A stretch of DNA of 64,000 nt from Gemmatimonadales bacterium. GTDB lineage: Bacteria; Gemmatimonadota; Gemmatimonadetes; Gemmatimonadales; GWC2-71-9. The stretch is from contig DATBLR010000073.1 in assembly GCA_036555275.1 (NCBI GenBank), positions 1,079 to 65,078 of the forward strand, written 5' to 3'. Position 1 is the stretch's first letter; each line of letters begins with the position of its first letter. Both the position numbers and the translations under genes were made by a program. The notes under the pieces are model-generated. The model was given only the letters and a program-made list of their open reading frames with translations, searched no databases and was not told the DNA's origin. Shown here piece after piece: positions 1 through 7,691 of the stretch.

Positions 1-20
1 GGGCCGGATTCATCCGGCCC
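1..20 (-). terminator. GC-rich stem-loop immediately 3' of the 21..1763 gene (candidate terminator hairpin)
   Basis: gggccgga-ttca-tccggccc forms a perfect 8-bp stem with a 4-nt loop and starts 1 nt after the TAA stop (21..23, minus strand). Any U-tract would lie off the window edge, so it cannot be confirmed. Confidence 0.35.
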
Positions 21-1763
21 TTACTTCGGGTGGCGGGCCAGGTCGCGTTCGATCACCGGCCCGTCGGAAGACGACTCAGTGCCCGCAGCCACGATCGGGA
101 TGGTCGTCTCATCGGTGACATAGGACATGGTGTTGACCGGGGTCACCGTCGTGCCGCTCAGCGTGAAGACCGTCCACAGCGTCCCCGGCTGGTTCGGCAC
201 GAAGAAGCTCCGCACCAGGGCGCCCATGATGTAGAGATCGACCTTGGCGCCGGACGCCGCCAGCGCGCTGCTGGGATTGGCAAGCGCATTGCTGAAGTCG
301 TGGACCGAGAATCGGTATGTCCCCGGCGATTGACTGCTGATCGTGGTTGTCTCGGGCCCGAAGGAATCGGTATCGTCCAGGTCGATGGCCGCGAAGGGAT
401 CGGAGGTCAGGCTGCCCTGGTTGGCGTAGTAGATGTGGAACCGCCCTCCCAGGGTACTGGGTCCTGTGAGATGCGCATCCAGATCGAACGGTGACGCGCC
501 CCAGGTCAGCACGATCCGCACCTGTTCCGTCCCAATGGGAGAGAGGCTTACGTCCTGTCCAAGGCTGGACTGGCCACCCAGAACGACTGAGGTCCGGCTG
601 CCGGGGGTGAACCCGGGAATGTTCGCCAGAACGGTATAGGTCCCGGCCGCCTGCCGCACAAAGGAGTAATTCCCCCCGGTGTCCGTGGTGGTTGTGGCGA
701 TCGGAGAACCGGTGATCGCATTCACGCCGGCGCGGAGCTCGACCACCGCCCCGACGACCGAGTCGCCGGTCGTCGCGTCCTTCACCTTGCCACTGAGATC
801 TCCCAGCTGGGTACTGCTCGGAACCAGCGGGATCGGCTGCACCGTGATCGGCACACCCCCGCCGAGAAGCGCGTCGAACAAGGTTGCCGTCACGAAGCCG
901 TTGAGCGAAGCGGTGACCGTGTAGACACCCGGTGCAAGCGGGCCGGTTGTGAAACTACCATCCGCTGCGGTCGTGGCCGAGGCCACCAGCGCATTGGTGG
1001 CGTCCCGGACCTCTATCGCGACGTTGGCCAGTACGGCCTGGGTCGATCCGTCAAGAACCGTTCCGGTGAGCGGGCTCGCCCCGGCTGCCAGGACCGTCAC
1101 CGCCACCGTATCCGCCACGTCATTCGGGGTCTTCGCCCAGATTTGCACCTGGCCGGTGCTGTTCGGAGCCTGAAAGACGCCCAGCGCGTTTACGCTGCCA
1201 GTGGTCGCCGACCAGGAGAGGTAGAAGCTGTCGACCGGCGCCCCCTGGATGTCCAGAGCGGTGACCGTGAACGGCAGGGTGTTGCCGGCAACCACGGTCC
1301 CCGTAGCAGGGGAAATGGCGATGCTGGCGACATTACCTCCCGGGCCGGAATAGCTCGGCACCAGCGGTGGCGTCGATGCCTGCGAGCCTGGACGCACCAC
1401 GACCTGACTCGATGCGCTCCAGAGCCTCAGCCCGGTGATCGTCCGGTACTCGAGGTCCACCGTAAGGGTTTCCGCCGAGTCGATGGCGAGATTGAAGGAG
1501 ACATTGATCGTGCTGCTGTTCGCGCCGAAGGGTACCGTCCGCGTCGCCAAGGTTTCCGGAATCTGCCGGCCTCCCCGGATCAGGCTTGCCTGCACCGAGT
1601 CCACCGTCAAAATCGTGGTGGCAAACTGCGCCAGGGACGGCGGCGCCACCGCCTGGATGGCAATGCGCGCCGGACCCGACGCTCCAGGCCCCGCGGGGGG
1701 TTCGCTGCACGTGGCAAGCAAAGCCGGCACCACCAGGCCCAGGGCCGCGCGACGGATCCTCAT
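21..1763 (-). CDS. Secreted/lipoprotein surface protein with Ig-like and carboxypeptidase-regulatory-like beta-sandwich repeats and a YfaP/DUF2135-like C-terminal domain
   Basis: 580-aa ORF. The N-terminus has a lipoprotein-type signal (MRIRRAALGLVVPALLATC). Repeated segments such as GTVLDGSTQAVLANVAIEV and GKVKDATTGDSVVGAVVEL are typical of CarboxypepD_reg-like domains. The C-terminus has LTWGASPFDLDAHL...IDLDDTDSFGPETTTI...GTYRFSVHDF. The ATG at 1763 overlaps the upstream stop (ATGA). Confidence 0.75.
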   Translation of the reverse strand: MRIRRAALGLVVPALLATCSEPPAGPGASGPARIAIQAVAPPSLAQFATTILTVDSVQASLIRGGRQIPETLATRTVPFGANSSTINVSFNLAIDSAETLTVDLEYRTITGLRLWSASSQVVVRPGSQASTPPLVPSYSGPGGNVASIAISPATGTVVAGNTLPFTVTALDIQGAPVDSFYLSWSATTGSVNALGVFQAPNSTGQVQIWAKTPNDVADTVAVTVLAAGASPLTGTVLDGSTQAVLANVAIEVRDATNALVASATTAADGSFTTGPLAPGVYTVTASLNGFVTATLFDALLGGGVPITVQPIPLVPSSTQLGDLSGKVKDATTGDSVVGAVVELRAGVNAITGSPIATTTTDTGGNYSFVRQAAGTYTVLANIPGFTPGSRTSVVLGGQSSLGQDVSLSPIGTEQVRIVLTWGASPFDLDAHLTGPSTLGGRFHIYYANQGSLTSDPFAAIDLDDTDSFGPETTTISSQSPGTYRFSVHDFSNALANPSSALAASGAKVDLYIMGALVRSFFVPNQPGTLWTVFTLSGTTVTPVNTMSYVTDETTIPIVAAGTESSSDGPVIERDLARHPK

Positions 1764-2203
1764 ACGTAGACCTCAGTCCGGAAGCGCCAGATGCGGCGCA
1801 GCAAGTCCTCCAGAAACCCCTGGCTGACGAATGCCTGTACTGCCACCATTGTCGCCTCGGCATCCATTCCCCACAAGACTGCCCGCTTCGGGTCCTCTTC
1901 GAACTCGGCCTGCACAAAGGCCCGCTGGTCCTGGGTCCAGACCACCGGTACCCGCTGTGACAGCTCCGCGGCCAGACCATTGACGCCCGGGCCGCCAATC
2001 GCGATAGCCGGGTTCAGGTGGAAGATCCGGTTCGCCAGAAACCAGGCGTCCCCGACCACCACCGCGCGCCGGAACGGCTGGCCGTCACTGCGGCGATCGA
2101 TTTCCTGCTTGAGCCGGTAGGCAGTCGGACGATCCCGCTCCTCGGCGCGGATGTCCGAACCGGTGACCAGGACCACGGTTTCGTCGGTATCGACAAGCTT
2201 CAT
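1760..2203 (-). CDS. Hypothetical cytoplasmic protein (147 aa), translationally coupled to the downstream surface protein
   Basis: Clean ORF with non-biased composition and no signal peptide. Its stop overlaps the downstream start by 4 nt. I recognise no family. The IAIGGPGVNGLAAEL segment is only vaguely Rossmann/SLOG-like. Confidence 0.6.
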   Translation of the reverse strand: MKLVDTDETVVLVTGSDIRAEERDRPTAYRLKQEIDRRSDGQPFRRAVVVGDAWFLANRIFHLNPAIAIGGPGVNGLAAELSQRVPVVWTQDQRAFVQAEFEEDPKRAVLWGMDAEATMVAVQAFVSQGFLEDLLRRIWRFRTEVYV

Positions 2204-2235
2204 GGGAACATTGGGTTCGGTCGTGCGTTCAGTTG

Positions 2236-2414
2236 CTCTCGGCTATCGGCTATCAGCTATCAGCTATCGGCTATCGGCTATCGGCTATCGGCTATCGGCT
2301 ATCGACGATCAGCTATCGGCCAGCTATCGGCTGACGGCCGGATCATTCTCGGCGCGCATGGACCACCTCCGGCACGCCATCTCCGACCGATAGCTGATAG
2401 CCGATAGCCGAGAG
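2236..2414. repeat. Inverted pair of GGCTATC/AGCTATC heptamer tandem repeats (element A)
   Basis: The left tract (2236..2335) has about 13 tandem 7-mers. The right arm (2387..2414, ccgatagctgatagccgatagccgagag) is the exact reverse complement of 2236..2261 for 26 nt. The element lies between the stop of 2418..3257 and the start of 1760..2203, both on the minus strand. Confidence 0.9.
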
Positions 2415-2417
2415 CCC

Positions 2418-3257
2418 TCAGTGCTCCTCTGCGGACGCCGAATCCGGCTGCTCGTGCTGCGCGCGATCCAGGTCTCTCTGCCGTTTCTTTTCGGCGCGCA
2501 ATTCACGTACCGCGCGCTTGAAGTCGTCGATCGTCGTTGCCCGTTGCGCCGCTCGCCGCAGGTCTTCGGCAATCCACTGTCCGTTGTGGTCCAGAGCCGT
2601 CTGCTGGTTGCCCGTGGCGGGGATGGGGAGCAGGGCCAACACCGCCGCGGGGATCTTCAAGCCGGCGATGTAGATGTTCTTCCCATCCAGCCCGAACTTG
2701 CTCCCCGCAATGCGGGTCGTCCAGTCCGGCAGCTCGACCCGGTCTGCGCCGGGCTCCCGGGCGATCGAGTCGAGATACTGCTGCACGATGGCGGTCACCG
2801 CGCTGTCCACGAGCTCGGCGTGACTGGGCCGAAGTCGCTCAGCCAGGGCCCGCGGTGGGAGCGGCAGCGGCCGCACCCACAGTCGCCCGTCACCCAGATA
2901 GGGACCGATCCGTGCCGCAGGAGTCCGTGGCACGTTGCTGCTGTCGCGGATGGGGGCTTCCGCCGACGGCTCCTGTATTCTGGTCGTGTCGACCGGCTCT
3001 GGCCGGACCGGCGGCACTGCCCGAGGACGGGTCGCCAGCCCCTGCTCCGTGCTGGGCCGGTAATACCGCACTGGTGAGGTCCGCTCCTGCTCGGGTTCCG
3101 GCGGTGCAAGTTGAATGAGCGGCGGAGAAAGCTCCGGCACCTGAGGCAAATGTCCGTGAATGACCACCAGGAAGAGGAGGCTATGGATTGCCAGGCTGAC
3201 ACCCAGCGCCAGGGCGCGCCACCAGCGGGCGCCGGGCGGTTTCCGGTCAGGCCGCAC
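2418..3257 (-). CDS. Hypothetical single-pass membrane protein, Pro-rich linker
   Basis: 279-aa ORF with an N-terminal TM segment (WWRALALGVSLAIHSLLFLVVI), a Pro/Glu-rich linker, a globular C-terminal part and a charged tail. The GTG start overlaps the upstream aminotransferase stop by 11 nt. Confidence 0.65.
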   Translation of the reverse strand: MRPDRKPPGARWWRALALGVSLAIHSLLFLVVIHGHLPQVPELSPPLIQLAPPEPEQERTSPVRYYRPSTEQGLATRPRAVPPVRPEPVDTTRIQEPSAEAPIRDSSNVPRTPAARIGPYLGDGRLWVRPLPLPPRALAERLRPSHAELVDSAVTAIVQQYLDSIAREPGADRVELPDWTTRIAGSKFGLDGKNIYIAGLKIPAAVLALLPIPATGNQQTALDHNGQWIAEDLRRAAQRATTIDDFKRAVRELRAEKKRQRDLDRAQHEQPDSASAEEH

Positions 3258-4422
3258 GACAGCTCCTCAGCACCTGTCCCAGCCGGGCAATGCCCACCCG
3301 CAACCGCTCCACTCCAACCGTGAGTGCGACCCGAAAGAACCCCTCGCCACCGGATCCGAAGGCACTCCCCGGGAGCACCACGACGCCCTGCTCGTCGAGT
3401 GCCCGGCTCGCGAACTCTGCCGACCGGAGTCCGGGCGGTAGCGGGACCCACAGGTACATGGTCGCGAGTGGAGTCTCGCAGGTAAACCCCGCTTCCCCGA
3501 GCGCCAACACCCCGGCGTCGCGCCGCCTCGCCAGCTCGGCGAGGCTCTGCACCATCAGCCCTTCCGCGTGGTCCAGGGCGTAGGCCCCCGCCTGCTGCAC
3601 GGCGAGCCACGGCCCGGTATCGACGTAGGACTTGACGCGGCTGAGCCCCGCGATGAGGGGAGCGGCGGCCGCGGCCCACCCCAACCGCCACCCGGTCATC
3701 GAGAAGCTCTTGCTCAGCGAGAAGAACTCGATCGCGATATCCCGGGCACCTTCGATCTCGAAAATGCTCGGCGCCCGATACCCGTCAAAGGTGACGTCGC
3801 AGTACGGATTGTCGTAGGCCAGGACAATGCCGTGACGGCGACATACCTCGACAGTGCGCTTCAGGTAGTCGCGAGGAGCCACGGCCGTGGTGGGATTGTT
3901 GGGGTAGTTGAGGTACACCAGGCCGACCCGCCGAAGGGTGTGCTCACCGAGCTCCTCCAGCTCCACCAGGAACCGGGTCCGGGCGCTCAGCGGGTAGACG
4001 ACCGGTGCCCCGCCGGCGAGCACGGTGCCTCCCAGGTATGCCTGATAACCCGGCTCCGGAACGACGGCCAGCGCGGCCGCATCGAGAACCGCGAACGGTA
4101 AATGGGCCAGCCCTTCCTTCGAGCCGATGAGCGGAAGCACCTCGGTGGAGGGCTCGAACACGGTCCCAAACCGGCGCCGCATGTAATCCACCGCCGCGCG
4201 GCGGAACTCGGGGAGTCCCTGCTGGAATCCGTACTTGTTCAGGGCGGTCTCTCCGACGGCCCGGCGCAGGGCTTCGATAATTTCGGCTGGTGGAGGATAG
4301 TCCGTGTCCCCTGCGCCGAGGTCGATTACATCCACGCCCTGCGCCAGCAGGTGGCGCTTTCGCGCCGGCAGGTCCGCGAGTGGATAGCCGGGGAGCCGGG
4401 TGAGCCGACTGGCTTCCTTCAC
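3247..4422 (-). CDS. Class I/II PLP-dependent aminotransferase (LL-diaminopimelate/aspartate aminotransferase-like)
   Basis: Motifs include NYPNNPT and SLSKSFSMTGWRLGW (PLP-lysine region), with full-length similarity to the family. I trimmed the start to the GTG at 4422, which forms a GTGA overlap with the FAH gene stop. The longer track ORF (to 4722) overlaps the FAH gene and its extension is Arg/Gly-rich. Confidence 0.85.
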   Translation of the reverse strand: MKEASRLTRLPGYPLADLPARKRHLLAQGVDVIDLGAGDTDYPPPAEIIEALRRAVGETALNKYGFQQGLPEFRRAAVDYMRRRFGTVFEPSTEVLPLIGSKEGLAHLPFAVLDAAALAVVPEPGYQAYLGGTVLAGGAPVVYPLSARTRFLVELEELGEHTLRRVGLVYLNYPNNPTTAVAPRDYLKRTVEVCRRHGIVLAYDNPYCDVTFDGYRAPSIFEIEGARDIAIEFFSLSKSFSMTGWRLGWAAAAAPLIAGLSRVKSYVDTGPWLAVQQAGAYALDHAEGLMVQSLAELARRRDAGVLALGEAGFTCETPLATMYLWVPLPPGLRSAEFASRALDEQGVVVLPGSAFGSGGEGFFRVALTVGVERLRVGIARLGQVLRSCRAA

Positions 4423-5033
4423 TTGACCGGGTTCCTGAGAACGCCGACCCCCGATACTTCCACCTCGACGATGTCTCCCGGCGCCAGGCGACCGACGCCG
4501 GCGGGCGTCCCGGTGGCAATCAGGTCGCCCGGCTCCAGCGTCATGACGCTGGAAATGAATGCGACAATCGCTGGAATGCTGTACGCCATCTCCGAGGCCT
4601 TGCCGTGCTGGCGGATCGTGCCGTTGACCCGAGTGGTGACCTCCAGGGTGCGCCAATCCAGCCCCTCGACCACCGAAGGCCCGACCGGACAGAACGTGTC
4701 GAAGCCCTTGGCCCTTCCCCACTGGCCGTCGTGCTTCTGGAGATCCCGGGCGGTTACGTCGTTGACGCAGGTGAAGCCGAGCCGCGCCCGTTCCGCCGCC
4801 GCCACGCTCACATCCCGCAGGCGCTCCAGCGGCACGACTCCGATTTCCCCTTCGAATTCCACCTGCTCCGACTGGGCGGGAAGCACGATCGGCTCACCCG
4901 GCGCGAGTACCGCCGAAGGCGGCTTGAGAAAGATCATCGGCTGGGGCGGGATGGCGTTGCCGAGCTCCTGGGCATGGGCGAGATAGTTCCGGCCCACGCA
5001 GATGATCTTGGACGGTTTCACCGGGGCGATCAT
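4419..5033 (-). CDS. Fumarylacetoacetate hydrolase (FAH) family protein
   Basis: MIAPVKPSKIICVGRNYLAHAQELG...FEGEIGVV...GDLIATGTPAGVG is typical of small FAH-family hydrolases/isomerases. The ATG at 5033 forms an ATGA overlap with the helicase stop. The upstream extension in the track ORF is Gly/Arg/Pro junk. Confidence 0.85.
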   Translation of the reverse strand: MIAPVKPSKIICVGRNYLAHAQELGNAIPPQPMIFLKPPSAVLAPGEPIVLPAQSEQVEFEGEIGVVPLERLRDVSVAAAERARLGFTCVNDVTARDLQKHDGQWGRAKGFDTFCPVGPSVVEGLDWRTLEVTTRVNGTIRQHGKASEMAYSIPAIVAFISSVMTLEPGDLIATGTPAGVGRLAPGDIVEVEVSGVGVLRNPVK

Positions 5034-7531
5034 ACGCTGGCTCCGATGCCGTGGCGAGCGAAGAAGTCCTCGATCCGGGTGCGCACGTCCTGCCAGCGGC
5101 CGATCACCCGGTCGGCCCTGGGAAGTCCGCTGAGTACCAAGGGGCCGTACCGCTTGGTGAGGACCCGCTTGTCGAGCAGCACCACCGCCCCGACGTCCTG
5201 CCGGGTCCGAATCAGCCGTCCGAATCCCTGCTTGAGCTTCAGGGCCGCGAGCGGCAGCAGGTAGCCCATGAAGCCATCTTCCCCCTGCTCGGCCAGCCGT
5301 TCCAGCCGGGCGGCCGTGATCGGCTCCGAGGGCACCTTGAATGGCAGCTTGGTGATCACCAGCGCCCGGAGCGCCCGGCCGGGCACATCCACCCCTTCCC
5401 AGAAGGAGTCGGTGCCCAGCAGGATGGCGCGGCCCAGCTCCCGGAAGCGGCGGAGCAGCAGGTCCCTTGGCGACTCTCCCTGCACCAGGATCGGCCATCG
5501 CTCACCGGTGGATGCCCTGAGCTCCGCGGCGACCCGGCGAAGGGCGCCGTGGCTGGTGAACAGCACGAACATCCCGCCATCCGAGGCCCAGGCAAGATCG
5601 TGGACCACCTGCAGAACGGCGCCGGCATGCCCCGGTTCGTCTTCCCGCGGATCGGGGAGATCGTCCGGAATGCCGAACAGGCACTGGGACGGGTAGTCGA
5701 ACGGGGAGGGCAGAATGGCCCGGACGGTGACCGGGTTCGGATCAATCCCGAGCCCTAGGCGGCTCTCGAGAAAGTCGAACTCGCCTCCGGCTGCCAGCGT
5801 CGCGCTGGTAAGCGCTACGGTGGTGACGCGATCGAAAATCGACTCGCGCAGAATCGGCGCCAGATCGAGCGGCACCGCGGCAAGGGCGACCTGCTGACCC
5901 CTCGGGCCACTCCGCTCCAGCCAGCGGACCACCGGGGCTCCACCTGGTGCGGGGCGCAGCGCCTGGTTCAGCGAGTCGGAGACGGTCTCCAGCCGACGCA
6001 TGACTCCGCGGAGCTCACCGAGCAGCTGGATCCGCCCATCGGAGACCTCGCCGTCCGCGAGCCGATCAACAATGGTCTCCAGGCAATCCCGGATCGCACC
6101 AAAAGCCACCAAGGCGGCCTCCAGTTCCCGCCCGAGCCCCTCCGGCCACACCGGGTCGCCTGCGAACTCGTCGGTGAGCCGGAGTACCCCACCCGGCTCC
6201 CGATCGACGCGCCCGTGCAGGCGGAGGAGCAGCAGATCCGCGGAGCGGCGCGCATCAAGGACCGCGGGCAGCAGTCGCTCCCGGAGCAGGTCGAGACTGG
6301 CGCGGGAGAGCAAGTCTCCGGACGCGCTCAGCTCGTGGGCCAGGGTCGGCAGCAGTCCCTTGCCGTTGCGCTCCAGCCGGCCCAGCAGACGGCGGATGCC
6401 GCGACTGGTCACCTGCGCCCCCAGGTGAGTGGCAGCGACATCCTCCAGGTGGTGGGCCTCGTCGAGGATCAGGCGATCATAGGGCGGCAGCACCGCGGCC
6501 TCGCGCCAGTTATCCGAAGCGCGTCGTACCGCAAGGTCGGCGGCGAGCAGGTGATGATTCACCACCACGACGTCCGCCTCCGCCGCCTTGCGCCGGGCCC
6601 GGAACAGGAAGCAGGCATCGAAGTGCGGACATTGCAGGCGGGGACACAGATCAGCCTCCGCGCTGACCTCGTCCCACACCTCGCTGCTCGGAGGGACGGG
6701 CAGATCCGCCAGCGTCCCGTCCGACGTGCGCCCAGCCCACGCGTACAGGGCTTGCAGCTCGTCGTACTTGTCGGGTTCGAGGAGGGAGCGCTGCGCACCG
6801 ACGGCCTGGTGCAGCCGCGCCAGGCAAAGGTAGTTTCGCCACCCCTTGAGCAACGCGAAGCTCGGGGAGTGGTCGTCCGTCGAGAGTGCCTCCTGAAGCA
6901 GCGGCAGGTCCTTCCCCACCAGCTGCTCCTGCAGATTGATCGTGTTGGTACTCACCACCGTCCGCTCGCCATTGGCCCGCGCCCAGGCCAGCGCCGGCAC
7001 CAGATAGGCGAAGGATTTGCCAACCCCGGTACCGGCTTCGAGCAGCAGGACCCCGCCGTCGTTGTACCCGTCGGAGATGTGCGCCGCCATATCCCGCTGG
7101 CTGGGGCGATCCTCGTATTGTCCGAGCGCCCCGGCCACGCTGCCCCGCTCGCCGAGCTGATCGACTACGCCAAGAGGGTCCAGCGGAGTCGCGCTCCTGG
7201 CCCGGGGGATTTCCACCACCACGTAGAGCGATGACCCGGTGTTGTCGATGATTCCGAACCCCACACCGGAGTCGTGCAGCCGGGACGCGACCGACAGGTC
7301 GGCCATCGAGGGCTCCAGGATGCCGGTCGGGTGATTGTGGAGCAGCATCTCCCCCGCCGCCGCGATTCCCGGGAGCGCCAGGACCCGGTCCACGGTGCCA
7401 CGCGCCACCACCCGCGCCCCGCACACCTGTCCATCAGGGTCGACCTGGGCCACGAAGGATACCTCCCGGCCGCCAGCCCCGGTGATCTCGCCGGCCAGGT
7501 AGTGCTGCACGTCGGGATGGATGCGGGACAT
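5030..7531 (-). CDS. dinG: DinG/XPD-family Fe-S DNA helicase with N-terminal RadC-like JAB/MPN domain
   Basis: Residues 65-78 (HNHPTGILEPSMAD) fit the JAMM pattern H-x-H-x7-S-x2-D. Helicase motifs are Walker A (EAGTGVGKSFAY), a DEAH box (LILDEAHHLED), a four-Cys cluster (YLCLARL...DLCPRLQCPHFDACF) and C-terminal helicase motifs (SFWEGVDVPG, FGRLIRTRQD). Confidence 0.85.
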   Translation of the reverse strand: MSRIHPDVQHYLAGEITGAGGREVSFVAQVDPDGQVCGARVVARGTVDRVLALPGIAAAGEMLLHNHPTGILEPSMADLSVASRLHDSGVGFGIIDNTGSSLYVVVEIPRARSATPLDPLGVVDQLGERGSVAGALGQYEDRPSQRDMAAHISDGYNDGGVLLLEAGTGVGKSFAYLVPALAWARANGERTVVSTNTINLQEQLVGKDLPLLQEALSTDDHSPSFALLKGWRNYLCLARLHQAVGAQRSLLEPDKYDELQALYAWAGRTSDGTLADLPVPPSSEVWDEVSAEADLCPRLQCPHFDACFLFRARRKAAEADVVVVNHHLLAADLAVRRASDNWREAAVLPPYDRLILDEAHHLEDVAATHLGAQVTSRGIRRLLGRLERNGKGLLPTLAHELSASGDLLSRASLDLLRERLLPAVLDARRSADLLLLRLHGRVDREPGGVLRLTDEFAGDPVWPEGLGRELEAALVAFGAIRDCLETIVDRLADGEVSDGRIQLLGELRGVMRRLETVSDSLNQALRPAPGGAPVVRWLERSGPRGQQVALAAVPLDLAPILRESIFDRVTTVALTSATLAAGGEFDFLESRLGLGIDPNPVTVRAILPSPFDYPSQCLFGIPDDLPDPREDEPGHAGAVLQVVHDLAWASDGGMFVLFTSHGALRRVAAELRASTGERWPILVQGESPRDLLLRRFRELGRAILLGTDSFWEGVDVPGRALRALVITKLPFKVPSEPITAARLERLAEQGEDGFMGYLLPLAALKLKQGFGRLIRTRQDVGAVVLLDKRVLTKRYGPLVLSGLPRADRVIGRWQDVRTRIEDFFARHGIGASV

Positions 7532-7576
7532 GGGGGAAAGGTAATCAGCGACTGCGGGGTGATGGCGGTGGCGGCC

Positions 7577-7689
7577 GGCTGTCGGCTATCAGCTATCGGC
7601 TATCGGTCGCCCGCCAGGGCCAACTTGGAAGCCAAACATCTGGAATCCCGTAGCTGATAGCTGATAGCCGATAGCCGATAGCTCACAGC
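7577..7689. repeat. Inverted pair of GGCTATC/AGCTATC heptamer tandem repeats (element B)
   Basis: The left arm (7577..7606) reads ggctgtc ggctatc agctatc ggctatc. The right arm (7651..7689) reads gatagct gatagct gatagcc gatagcc gatagct cacagc, which is the complement. The spacer is about 44 nt. The right arm ends 2 nt before the TAG stop of 7692..8978. Confidence 0.9.
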
Positions 7690-7691
7690 TG

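Noticed and set aside
2236-2335. CRISPR array interpretation of the tandem repeats
   Set aside because: The units are only 7-8 nt and are directly adjacent, with no unique spacers. Each tract is paired with its reverse complement. No cas genes are present in the window.
2018-2407. ORFs encoding SAIGYRLSAIGYR-type, IPPIPQSINPPIP-type (21676..22116) and PFPVPRSPFPVP-type (23278..24339, 24101..24904) repeat peptides
   Set aside because: These are simply translations of the heptamer/octamer tandem repeats. Both strands and several frames stay open across the repeats, and the flanking parts overlap real genes.
3247-4722. Long N-terminal extensions of track ORFs (3247..4722, 4419..5498, 14711..16006, 15364..16428, 19241..21493, 24206..25345, 25781..26998, 28432..29556, 37579..38268, 38063..41497, 46394..47611, 46621..48312, 49953..51704)
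   Set aside because: The extensions overlap the upstream gene, are Arg/Gly/Pro-rich and lack family similarity. In each case an internal ATG or GTG gives the family-typical N-terminus, usually with a 4-nt overlap or a Shine-Dalgarno-like sequence.
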